Shown one piece after another: positions 51,053 to 59,431 of a stretch of 64,000 bases of DNA. The first letter of the stretch is position 1. Every line of letters begins with the position of its first letter. A program made the translations under genes and the position numbers. Source of the stretch: Guptibacillus hwajinpoensis. Its GTDB lineage: Bacteria; Bacillota; Bacilli; Bacillales; Bacillaceae_O. The stretch lies in the NCBI GenBank assembly GCA_016841765.1, contig JAENYN010000020.1, forward strand, positions 3,655 to 67,654. The letters are read 5' to 3'. The notes below the pieces were generated by a model, which made no database searches, was not told the origin of the DNA, and was given only the letters and a program-made list of their open reading frames with translations.

Positions 51053-53665
51053 TTACTGGTTGATAAGGGGAGGGGGATTGGTTCCGGTGCCGTCGCCGTC
51101 TGCAGGGTTATCATCACCTTCTCCAGTGCCGGAATCCCCTCCCGCAGGGTTATCGCCTTCTCCAGTGCCGCCGTCATCGCCGCCTCCATCGGTGCCGTCA
51201 TCCTGTCCGGGGCCGCCTCCGTTGTCATTACCGTTGCCATTTCCATTTCCATTGCCGTTCCCATTACCCTGGCCGTTATCGCCGTTTCCTTCGCCATCTT
51301 GTCCGCCGCCTTCTCCAGGGAGACCAGGGAATGGCTCTTCTTCGGCTTCAGGGACCTGGATTTGGGCCATGACGGACTCGCTGCGAAGATCGCTGTTGTC
51401 GTCACTGACAGCTGTCACCTGTATTTTATACTGGCTGCCCGGTGTTACGTTTTCGATGCCGATGGCAGTATCTTTGCCTTTCATCACTTCCTCGAATTCG
51501 CCGTCATCTACGGCAACCTTCACCTCAAAAGACACGTTTTCAAGTTCTTTTTCCGGATAAGACCATTCCACAAAAACTTGATTCATCTCTTCATCGTATT
51601 TAGCTTTCATGTTTTGCGGAGGCGTCAGCTCTTTAAATTTGTCTGATACCTCTTTTGGTGTGGTGCCTTTTACGAAAAGTTCATATGTGATTTTGTCCTT
51701 CGGGGTGAAATCACTCGGCAGTTTTGCCGGATTACTGCCTTTTTCAATGCCGACTTTCACGACGCTCTTCGGCATTTTGAAGTCAGCTGTTTTCACATCT
51801 TTTGATGCATCTTTCATCACCTTTGCAAAAATGTCCTTTGCCAGGCCTTTTTCACTTGATGTTTCAAGGTTGCCTTTCCCTTCATAGCCCGTCCAGACTG
51901 CTGCCGTATATTTTGTTGTATAGCCGACGAACCAGCTGTCCCGGTAGTTATTCGTCGTTCCGGTTTTACCGGCAACCGGCAAGCTGCCGAGCTGTCTGCC
52001 GACGGCGGAACCGGTACCGGTCTTGACGACGCCTTTCAGTATATCCGTGATCATATATGCCGTATAGTCATGCATGACCACTTCCGGTTCCGGGGCGAGT
52101 TTGACTTCACGGCCATCCGGGAAGACGACTTTTGTGACAGCATGCGGTGTGTTATAAACACCGCCGTTTCCAAAGGCGCTGTAGGCGCCTGCCATTTCGA
52201 GCGGGGAAGTCCCGTCAAAGCCGCCGATGGCACTCGCTTCGTTCGGAGGAGCACCAAGGTCATCAATACCGAGATTATGGGCGAATTCACCGGCACGCTC
52301 GGCTCCGACTTCCTGGAACGTCTTTACGGCAGGAATGTTGCGGGATTGTTCAAGCGCCGTCCGGATTGACATCTGGCCCATATACCTGTCATCCCAGTTT
52401 CCGACTTTTTTTCCGTTTGTATACTTATATGGTTCGTCAACGATTTGATGGTATGTCGACCATTTCATATGCTCAATCGCCGGGCCGTAATCAAGGACCG
52501 GCTTGATGGTGGAGCCTGGCTGCCTGTTCAAATCAAAGGCAAGGTTGATGCCCCTTGATACATTGCGGTTGCGGCCGTCGCCGACAGCGCGGACTTCGCC
52601 GGTTTCGGTATCAAGCAGCACGACGCCCGCCTGCACTTTATCATTAGGATAATTGATGATTTCATTGCCGTTCAGCACTTCTTCCATATGTGACTGGGCG
52701 TTCGGGTCCAGGGTTGTGTAAATTTTCAACCCGGCCGTATAGATGTTTACGTCACCGAATAAATCTTCGTTTGCTTCAATCTCATCAATGACAAGGTCTA
52801 CAAACGCACCGTACTTTTCATCTTCCTGCTTATTTTCCACCAGTGTGCTCTGGACTGGCGTCTTTTTAGCCGCGTCTGCTTCCTCGCTGCTGATAAAGCC
52901 GTGTTTCTCCATCAAGGTGAGCACGACGTTGCGGCGTTTTTCGGCGGCTTCAGGATGCCGGAAAGGATTGTAACGGTTCGGGCTCTGCGGAAGGCCGGCA
53001 ATCATCGCTGCTTCATGTAGTTCGAGTTCATCGAGATCTTTGCCGTAATACTCTTCAGCCGCCTTTCCGACACCGTATGCTCCTTCGGAAAAGAAGATTT
53101 TGTTCAAGTACATTTCAAAAATTTGCTCTTTGGAGTACTTTTGTTCGAGTTTGATTGCAAGCCATTGTTCCTGCACTTTCCGGGAAATCGATTTCTCCGG
53201 TGATAGGAACGAATTTTTCACAACCTGCTGTGTGATGGTGCTGGCGCCCTCGGCACCGAATCCATCGCTGATATTGGCGAGCACGGCTCCCCCGATCCGC
53301 CTGAAATCAATTCCGAAATGCTCGAAGAAACGGACATCCTCAACTGCTATGAAAGCATCTTTTACAACATCCGGAACTTCATCATAGTTGACCTTTTCAC
53401 GGTTCTGCTTTCCGAGTTCCCTGAATACATCCCCGTTTGCATCATACAGCTGGGAAGCGAGCGGGTCCTGGAGCAGGGCCTCATCCAGTTCAGGGGCGCC
53501 CTGGATCATGGCAAAAAAGGTGATTCCGCCAGCGATGATGCCGACGGTTCCCAGCAGCAGCAAAGCAATGATCGTTTTTTTGAAAAGCCCGCGTTTTTTC
53601 CGCGGCTGCTTTTTCGGTTTTGTTGATTTTTTTCGCTCTTGTCTTGAGTTGTACTCGTTCGCCAT
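51053..53665 (-). CDS. ponA: Class A penicillin-binding protein 1A/1B with a low-complexity C-terminal tail
   Basis: 870 aa. GT51 motif EDVRFFEHFG; transpeptidase motifs STIKP, SRN and KTGTT. The last 90 aa or so are Gly/Asp/Asn-rich, including (GN)n. Confidence 0.96.
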   Translation of the reverse strand: MANEYNSRQERKKSTKPKKQPRKKRGLFKKTIIALLLLGTVGIIAGGITFFAMIQGAPELDEALLQDPLASQLYDANGDVFRELGKQNREKVNYDEVPDVVKDAFIAVEDVRFFEHFGIDFRRIGGAVLANISDGFGAEGASTITQQVVKNSFLSPEKSISRKVQEQWLAIKLEQKYSKEQIFEMYLNKIFFSEGAYGVGKAAEEYYGKDLDELELHEAAMIAGLPQSPNRYNPFRHPEAAEKRRNVVLTLMEKHGFISSEEADAAKKTPVQSTLVENKQEDEKYGAFVDLVIDEIEANEDLFGDVNIYTAGLKIYTTLDPNAQSHMEEVLNGNEIINYPNDKVQAGVVLLDTETGEVRAVGDGRNRNVSRGINLAFDLNRQPGSTIKPVLDYGPAIEHMKWSTYHQIVDEPYKYTNGKKVGNWDDRYMGQMSIRTALEQSRNIPAVKTFQEVGAERAGEFAHNLGIDDLGAPPNEASAIGGFDGTSPLEMAGAYSAFGNGGVYNTPHAVTKVVFPDGREVKLAPEPEVVMHDYTAYMITDILKGVVKTGTGSAVGRQLGSLPVAGKTGTTNNYRDSWFVGYTTKYTAAVWTGYEGKGNLETSSEKGLAKDIFAKVMKDASKDVKTADFKMPKSVVKVGIEKGSNPAKLPSDFTPKDKITYELFVKGTTPKEVSDKFKELTPPQNMKAKYDEEMNQVFVEWSYPEKELENVSFEVKVAVDDGEFEEVMKGKDTAIGIENVTPGSQYKIQVTAVSDDNSDLRSESVMAQIQVPEAEEEPFPGLPGEGGGQDGEGNGDNGQGNGNGNGNGNGNGNDNGGGPGQDDGTDGGGDDGGTGEGDNPAGGDSGTGEGDDNPADGDGTGTNPPPLINQ

Positions 53666-53682
53666 TAAATGTCATCTGCCTT

Positions 53683-54306
53683 TCAGTCAGAAAAATACAA
53701 GTCATTGACAGCTTTCAAGTAATCGATGCGCGGATGGAATCCAAGTGGAATATGGCATCCGAACTTTTCGATATCCCCCTTAGGGATTGATTTTCGGCCC
53801 CCTTTATCCTGTACATCCCAGTAAACAAACAGATGTGCAGCATCGAGAAGGTACACTTCATCAACAGCTGCGAACCGCAGCAGCACAAAACAGATGCCGC
53901 CCTGTGCCCTCACTTCTTTCATGTGTTCAATCTGATGTTCATGGAAATTTTTTAGCGGAAAAGACGTTTTATTCCTCGTTTCCTTTGCTTCAAAGTCAAT
54001 ATGCTTCCCCTGATAAACGCCGTTGTAGTCGGTAGTCGAAGCCTGCTTGAAATAGGCCTCTTTTATGACAGCGGCACTTCTTTTCGGATAATCGACATTG
54101 ACAATCTGCACCGGTGTTGGTTTTTTGTGGATCACGGCGACCCTGTGCTCCCGGTAATACATATTCGAAGCATTAATATCTTCTTCGAGTGTCATCCCGC
54201 GGTTTCCGTACGTCTTTGCAGCAATGCCGCCCTGATGTCTTTTTTCATTGTGCTGCGCGGGTTGATAGGTCTTGCCATTGGGATAGCGAATAGCCAGGGT
54301 GAACAC
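53683..54306 (-). CDS. recU: Holliday junction resolvase RecU
   Basis: IRYPNGKTY...[11 protein letters not shown]...[38 protein letters not shown] is colinear with B. subtilis RecU. The start is uncertain: GTG 54306 gives 207 aa, and the track ORF extends to TTG 54360. Confidence 0.93.
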   Translation of the reverse strand: MFTLAIRYPNGKTYQPAQHNEKRHQGGIAAKTYGNRGMTLEEDINASNMYYREHRVAVIHKKPTPVQIVNVDYPKRSAAVIKEAYFKQASTTDYNGVYQGKHIDFEAKETRNKTSFPLKNFHEHQIEHMKEVRAQGGICFVLLRFAAVDEVYLLDAAHLFVYWDVQDKGGRKSIPKGDIEKFGCHIPLGFHPRIDYLKAVNDLYFSD

Positions 54307-54560
54307 CTCTTTTCTTGCCTGGAAGAAGCCAGGCTTTTTTTGCTGTTTGTAAGCATCCAAATAAATGATTGCAGACTTCCTTATTTTATCATATCCTCTA
54401 GAAAATTTCCCTTTGCTGAAGAAGGATGGTATAGCAGCATCCTCCAGACCAATACTATCATTAACAAAGTGGCTTTTGTATCCGTGATGGGGGCGGATAT
54501 ACCGAAGATACCCGGAATTTTACCGCCCCCGTATTGAGCCGACGGATGGAGGGAGGACCT

Positions 54561-55529
54561 TTGAACACAATTCATGAAGAAATCGTACAAACGATAAAAA
54601 GAGAAACAGACCGGAAAAACGTTGACAATATCACCAGGACGAAAGCATATGAAAGATTTTATTCCCGCTATCCGGAAATCCGCTGGGCACTGCTTGCCGG
54701 GATTGTATCCAGGAATGCCGGCTATAATATGACGGATCTTAAAAGCGAATGGTTTCAACGGAGCCTCGAGGCCGATATGAGGGAGCGGTTGTTTCTTACG
54801 TATGAACGGGCAAACTGGCTGATCTTTTCGGACGCGTATCCTCAGCTACTTTTATACAGTATTTCAAAAGATATGGGCAAGCCGCTGTTCCGGCTCCTGA
54901 ACCAGCTCAATGTTTCAGCATTTATGGAAAGGGAGTGGAATCTTTTTTGGGCGGCCGGCGACATCGACCGGCTCGTTTATGCGCTCATTGTCAATGAACA
55001 GCATCTGATCCAAAAACCGGTTATAGAGCATCCTGTTTATCAAAAAAAGGTCTTCAGTTCACTGGCTTTCAAGTTTGAGGAACGGCTTCACTTTTCCACA
55101 GTGCTTTTTCCGACCAGGAGTGGCGAGTTGTTCGGTTATTCTGTGCATGGCTTCAAAAAAGTCATAAACCGCATTAAGCTCGGCAAACGGCTTGCCGGGC
55201 TGCTGTTTGCGCCGGCTTACTACAGCGCCATCATTGATTTCCTGCAGAATACGGAACACACTGGCTCAAGGAATGATTACGGAAGGTATATGACTGACAG
55301 CGGAAACCTGTTTTCCACGCCGATGCTGCGGCTTTGCCAGCCTGTCGTCAAACATAGCAGGAGGCCGCTTCCGGACTGGTATAATGGGCGTACGCACAGA
55401 TGGTGGTTCCAAAAAGAGCAGCAGATGAAAACAGTCATGCTTACCACCTGGTATATAAAAAAACAGCGGCAGCTCCATGGGTTGATTCGCCTGGAGGAAA
55501 AAATATTGCCGAAACGTAAGTTTTTTTAA
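54561..55529 (+). CDS. DUF2515 protein YppC-like
   Basis: Divergent from recU, as yppC is in B. subtilis. TTG 54561 follows SD ggagggagga (alternatives ATG 54546, TTG 54534). Confidence 0.75.
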   Translation: MNTIHEEIVQTIKRETDRKNVDNITRTKAYERFYSRYPEIRWALLAGIVSRNAGYNMTDLKSEWFQRSLEADMRERLFLTYERANWLIFSDAYPQLLLYSISKDMGKPLFRLLNQLNVSAFMEREWNLFWAAGDIDRLVYALIVNEQHLIQKPVIEHPVYQKKVFSSLAFKFEERLHFSTVLFPTRSGELFGYSVHGFKKVINRIKLGKRLAGLLFAPAYYSAIIDFLQNTEHTGSRNDYGRYMTDSGNLFSTPMLRLCQPVVKHSRRPLPDWYNGRTHRWWFQKEQQMKTVMLTTWYIKKQRQLHGLIRLEEKILPKRKFF

Positions 55530-55658
55530 AAGCAAGCGGCTGTCGATACATCCCCGAATCCACTTTCTTTGCCGAACTCCTTCTAGTTTTGTCACACGTG
55601 AAGGGAGAAGGCGTTTTTCATCGAATAAGTGAGCAAAACGACCGGGAGGGGATCCGTT

Positions 55659-56150
55659 ATGGAACATGCAATGAAAACGAAAGAGGCGGCGGAATTTTTA
55701 GGGGTCGATCCGAAGACGATCCGGAACTGGGCCAAGCAGTATGAAATTCCTTGCAAGAAAAATGGGTATGGCCACTATGTGTTTGATGAAGAGGGAATGC
55801 GCATGCTTCATTCCATTAAAAGCGAAAAAACAGGTATGCCGGATCATGCTGAACCGGCACAGTTAATGCAGAACATGAATACCGGTGCCGTCGAAGATAA
55901 AATCCAGATGCTGATGGACAGAATCGATTATCTTGAAAAAAAGCTTGAAAGCAAAGCAGACGAAGTCGTGGCCGTCCAGTTATTGAATCATCGTGAAGAA
56001 ATCGAAGAGACAACTAGAAAAGTGGAAGAGGTCATCGGAAGAATAGAGGAGTTTGAAAATAAAGTGAACGAAAACAAACAGGTACTGGAAGAAGGTTTCA
56101 AAATCGAAAAACCGAAAAAAAGGAAAGTACTGAGCTTTTTCAGCTTTTAA
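55659..56150 (+). CDS. MerR-type HTH plus coiled-coil protein, RacA-like
   Basis: KEAAEFLGVDPKTIRNWAKQYEIPCKKNGYGHYVFDEEGMRML resembles the RacA N-terminal wHTH. The remainder is predicted coiled coil (heptad-rich E/K/L). SD gggagggg. Confidence 0.6.
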   Translation: MEHAMKTKEAAEFLGVDPKTIRNWAKQYEIPCKKNGYGHYVFDEEGMRMLHSIKSEKTGMPDHAEPAQLMQNMNTGAVEDKIQMLMDRIDYLEKKLESKADEVVAVQLLNHREEIEETTRKVEEVIGRIEEFENKVNENKQVLEEGFKIEKPKKRKVLSFFSF

Positions 56151-56154
56151 CCAT

Positions 56155-56185
56155 TCCGCCGCACCTGCCGCGGGATTTTTTTTGC
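56155..56185 (+). terminator. Probable terminator after the RacA-like gene
   Basis: Short GC stem (ccgc..gcgg) followed by T8. Confidence 0.45.
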
Positions 56186-56249
56186 CTGTTTCAGGACCGG
56201 TGCGCTGGATGCCGGCAGATTCGTTCTGGTATAGTGGCGATGGGGGGAT

Positions 56250-56612
56250 ATGATGAAACAGACACAAGTACAGGAATTGAAAAAACTGACAATTGATCTG
56301 CTCGGTTATACGACTGAGGCACTTGATATGTACGAAAACCGTCGAGAAGACAGGGAAATCGATTTTTACGGCGAAGTCAAACCGTTTGCGGATAAAATGA
56401 AAATCTCTGCTGATAAGTGGCAGGAGCTTGCCGAAGAATGGCTGAAAAAAAACAAACCGGATTATTTGCATATGCCGCAAATCGTCTCCACTCATGAAAA
56501 CCTGAAAATCATGTCCATCCAGGCTTTTTACCGTGATACCCGGAAAAGAAAATTCCACGAAATGGTCCAATCGGTCCGATATGTGTTGGGAAGCCTTGAG
56601 GGGAAATTGTGA
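56250..56612 (+). CDS. YppE-like protein (DUF1798)
   Basis: 120 aa helical protein. Syntenic with yppE. SD gggggga. Confidence 0.75.
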   Translation: MMKQTQVQELKKLTIDLLGYTTEALDMYENRREDREIDFYGEVKPFADKMKISADKWQELAEEWLKKNKPDYLHMPQIVSTHENLKIMSIQAFYRDTRKRKFHEMVQSVRYVLGSLEGKL

Positions 56613-56681
56613 TAACTCATTGTAAATGGTAACTTGGCATCACATCAAGATGTGAACATGGTTTTGCAGCGGGATGGCTGA

Positions 56682-56735
56682 GCCTCTGCTGAGTACAGAC
56701 GATGGAGGCTCAGCGTCCGTCCCGCGGCAAATGGT
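56682..56735 (-). repeat. Partial inverted copy of the GC-rich repeat module seen at 41166-41200
   Basis: The reverse complement of 56700-56730 (ttgccgcgggacggacgctgagcctcc) matches tttccgcggggcgggcggtgagcctcc at about 23/27. It forms the hairpin gctgagcctc/gaggctcagc (56682-56719). Confidence 0.6.
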
Positions 56736-56738
56736 TCG

Positions 56739-56870
56739 TTAGGCGTTGTTTCCCTGGCCGTTTTCCGTTTCATAAAGCTCTTTTTTAGATTTAACCACAC
56801 CGTTCGGATGTTGGTTCGCTTCTTTTCTTGTCCTGGCCATCCGTTCTTTCGTCTGTTTTGATTTGCCCAT
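56739..56870 (-). CDS. Small basic hydrophilic protein (43 aa), minor-SASP-like
   Basis: Not in the ORF track. MGKSKQTKERMARTRKEANQHPNGVVKSKKELYETENGQGNNA*. SD ggaggg lies 9 nt upstream. Immediately downstream of the 45-aa ORF. Confidence 0.5.
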   Translation of the reverse strand: MGKSKQTKERMARTRKEANQHPNGVVKSKKELYETENGQGNNA

Positions 56871-56875
56871 TTCGA

Positions 56876-57013
56876 TCATCCCTCCTGTTTCCGGATGTAC
56901 TTCGGCCGGTCGCCTTTGGATGCGTCCGGTTCAACCATTAATGGTTCTTCCTGCTTTGGCTGGCGATTTTCATGATCTTGTTTCTTTTCATTAAATGCTT
57001 TGCCCCTGCCCAT
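56876..57013 (-). CDS. Small hydrophilic protein (45 aa), minor-SASP-like
   Basis: Not in the ORF track. MGRGKAFNEKKQDHENRQPKQEEPLMVEPDASKGDRPKYIRKQEG*. SD ggagg lies 7 nt upstream of the ATG. Confidence 0.55.
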   Translation of the reverse strand: MGRGKAFNEKKQDHENRQPKQEEPLMVEPDASKGDRPKYIRKQEG

Positions 57014-57044
57014 ATTTCATCCTCCTTTTAAGGAAAGTCCCGCT

Positions 57045-57074
57045 TAGTATGCCCGCAGATGGTAAAAAACATGA
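57045..57074 (-). promoter_or_regulatory. Sigma-G/F-type forespore promoter candidate
   Basis: Minus strand reads TCATG-N18-CATACTA. The -10 matches CATnnTA exactly and the -35 matches GHATR at 4/5. It lies 32 nt upstream of the ATG at 57013. Confidence 0.4.
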
Positions 57075-57179
57075 AGATCACCGGTGGAAAAGAAGTTGTG
57101 CAGTGATTTATCAATGTTACACATCCGTTTCCCAACTTACATAAAATGAAGAGAAAAAGCGGGTATTGGGGGTGAAGAT

Positions 57180-57524
57180 GTGTACAGGAACAATCCATAC
57201 CGGCCGCTTCCGCCTGCAGGAGGATCGATGCAAATGCCTCCTTTTCCGCCTTTTTATCAGGCGACTCCTTACGCGCAGCAGCTGCTGCCGCCTGATTTTC
57301 AGAATTTCCAGCAAAACCCGGCATTTTATGGAGGTAACCAAAATTGGCAGCAGCCTTTTCCGCCTAACGTAAAAAGGCCAGTGGACTATATTCTCGGGGC
57401 GTATAAAACAAAAGATGGGCATTACGATATCGACAAAATTGTCAATACGTTCGGCCAGGTCATGAACACATTCAATTCGGCGGCACCGGTCATGAAACAA
57501 TTCGGAAGCCTGTTTTTGAAATAG
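57180..57524 (+). CDS. YppG-like Gln/Pro-rich spore protein
   Basis: 114 aa with a P/Q/F/Y-rich N-terminal half (PPFPPFYQATPYAQQLLPPDFQNFQQNPAFYGGNQNWQQPFPP). Syntenic with yppG. GTG start follows ggggtgaag. Confidence 0.75.
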   Translation: MYRNNPYRPLPPAGGSMQMPPFPPFYQATPYAQQLLPPDFQNFQQNPAFYGGNQNWQQPFPPNVKRPVDYILGAYKTKDGHYDIDKIVNTFGQVMNTFNSAAPVMKQFGSLFLK

Positions 57525-57546
57525 GCTTCCCCGAAAATGAATGTTG

Positions 57547-57633
57547 GGCCCAGCAATGCAGAAAACTCGCCGATTGGCGAGCCTGCAAGTGAAAACCCTT
57601 ATCTATATTCGTAAAATTGGCAGCTGCGTCGAA
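57547..57633 (-). repeat. Dispersed repeat, copy B (inverted partner of 10838-10940)
   Basis: See copy A: 37/38 and 17/18 identity in the two cores. Confidence 0.85.
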
Positions 57634-57653
57634 ATACTCAATTGCTGATTATT

Positions 57654-57682
57654 CATAAAAAAGAGCCCGATCATCGGGCCCT
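57654..57682 (-). terminator. Intrinsic terminator after the 26-aa peptide gene
   Basis: Minus strand reads gggcccga-tga-tcgggctc followed by tttttt. Confidence 0.75.
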
Positions 57683-57704
57683 TCAAATCAATGGATAGCC
57701 AATT

Positions 57705-57785
57705 TCAATCAGTAAACGAAACCTCAGTGCTAATAATCGTTACCACTGTGGCAGCAAGAATTAGGCTTATAACGACTGAGAACAT
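57705..57785 (-). CDS. 26-aa hydrophobic peptide
   Basis: Not in the ORF track. MFSVVISLILAATVVTIISTEVSFTD*. Strong SD ggagaggtgg, then 5 nt, then ATG. A terminator lies 20 nt after the stop. Confidence 0.5.
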   Translation of the reverse strand: MFSVVISLILAATVVTIISTEVSFTD

Positions 57786-57964
57786 GGGTACCACCTCTCC
57801 GTATTTTCTTTCTTAATTATAAAATAACATGGAGATGTAAGTAATCTTCAGTGGAATCGTGGCAAAATAATGAACATTTATACTGTTATCATGCTGGCAA
57901 CCAAAATTAGAGAAAGAAAGGTATTTAAATTTCACATACCGAATTAGCTGGAGAAGTAAAAACC

Positions 57965-59230
57965 TTACTTTTTGCCAATCATTCCACTGGGATTGTCAAG
58001 AGCATCGATGACCGGCACAGGACCTGCCGAATCGGGCGCTTTATCGGGTTTGATAAAAAACAGTGCGGTCAGCGCTGCAATCACACCTGCTCCAGCCAGC
58101 AGCGGGTATATCATCCCGGCAAACCCGCTGGCCATTGCGGCTATTGCCGGCGGCCCAGCGGCAACACCGATGAAGCGCATGCTGCTGTACAAGGAAGTGA
58201 TTGTTCCCCGTTCTTCCTTTTCAATGCTTTCCGTAATCAATGCGTCAAGACAAGGCAAAGAAATGCCGATGCCCGTCCCGCTTAAAGACAAGAGGAGGAC
58301 CAGCTTAAAAAGTGAGGAATCACCGGCAATAAAAAAGAGTGGTGCCGCCGATAGGACATTGCCGCCGACGGTTCCCCATTTCATCCACATTTTGTTTTCC
58401 CCGATTTTTTTACCGACCAGGAAAGAGGCAGTGCTGAGAAACAAAAGCGGAATCGCCAATACAGCACCTTTTGCTATCCCTTTGATGTGGAATCGGTCTT
58501 CCAAAACAGAAGAAAAATGGAATAAAAATCCAAAAAGGATAAACATGTTAACGCAGCCGATGAAAAAGATACCAGCCAGCCACCGTCCGTTTTTTCTGAA
58601 CGTCTTTTTAAGGGAAGCGAGAAAAGCCCGGAATGCCACCTTTTTTTCTTTTTTGGCACCTGGCGGCTGTTTGACAAGGAAAAGGACGAGCAAAGCGGCG
58701 CCAATGGAAAGGAACGGAATGGAAAAGAAGGGCATAAACCAGATAATTGCGGCCAATAATGCACCCAAAAGCGGGCTGAATACTTTTCCGGCCGTATTGG
58801 CGGTTTCAATCAACCCCAGCCCCTGGCTGACCTCAGCTTCATCTTTGAACATATCCCCTACAGTCGGCAAGACAACCGGAAAGGCGCCAGAGGCACCAAT
58901 CCCCTGCAGAAGCCGTCCGGCAATAATCATAAAATAAGGATTTTCCATTTTCCAGGCAGCAAAAGCTGAAAGCGCCCCGCCGGCAGCCGTGATCACTAGG
59001 CTTGGAATCATCACTTTCTTCCGCCCGAATTTATCCGATAAATAACCGGCAATGGGAATTAACAGGATTGCCGTTATGGAATAAACAGTTATAATCAGGC
59101 TGGATTGGAAATTGCTGATATCCAGCTTCTTCTCCATAACAGGGAGGACAGGAATGAACATGGAATTTCCAAGTGTCATGACGAGCGGGATGGAAGCAAG
59201 TGCGAATAAGTCCCATTTTTTATTTTTCAT
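57965..59230 (-). CDS. MFS transporter (12 TM, drug:H+ antiporter-like)
   Basis: 421 aa. The typical MFS loop motif GYLSDKFGRKKV lies between TM2 and TM3. Confidence 0.9.
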   Translation of the reverse strand: MKNKKWDLFALASIPLVMTLGNSMFIPVLPVMEKKLDISNFQSSLIITVYSITAILLIPIAGYLSDKFGRKKVMIPSLVITAAGGALSAFAAWKMENPYFMIIAGRLLQGIGASGAFPVVLPTVGDMFKDEAEVSQGLGLIETANTAGKVFSPLLGALLAAIIWFMPFFSIPFLSIGAALLVLFLVKQPPGAKKEKKVAFRAFLASLKKTFRKNGRWLAGIFFIGCVNMFILFGFLFHFSSVLEDRFHIKGIAKGAVLAIPLLFLSTASFLVGKKIGENKMWMKWGTVGGNVLSAAPLFFIAGDSSLFKLVLLLSLSGTGIGISLPCLDALITESIEKEERGTITSLYSSMRFIGVAAGPPAIAAMASGFAGMIYPLLAGAGVIAALTALFFIKPDKAPDSAGPVPVIDALDNPSGMIGKK

Positions 59231-59431
59231 ATAATTAGTACCTCACTTAAAATTCGGATAAGATAACAGTAGTATGTTCAGCAATTTTAAAAAAAGTATT
59301 CAGATCTGAAGTCGGAAAAGGCGAAAGGAAAATTTTATAATTTTCTTCTGTAAGGGGTTGTTTTATCTGAAAATTACGAATAAAATAATCATTACATACT
59401 AACCAGTTGGTATAATGATGGGGTGTTTATA

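Noticed and set aside
51027-51646. Two long plus-strand ORFs (177 and 198 aa), Pro/Ser- or Ala/Ile-rich
   Set aside because: They are the mirror image of the simple-sequence DNA encoding the Gly/Asn/Asp tail of PonA, so their openness is a by-product of the repeat composition.
59388-59416. Extended -10 (TGgTATAAT) as the promoter of the ComB-like gene
   Set aside because: The predicted transcript start would fall inside or after the SD of the most plausible start codon (GTG 59432), and the -35 is poor. It is not convincing without 5'-end data.
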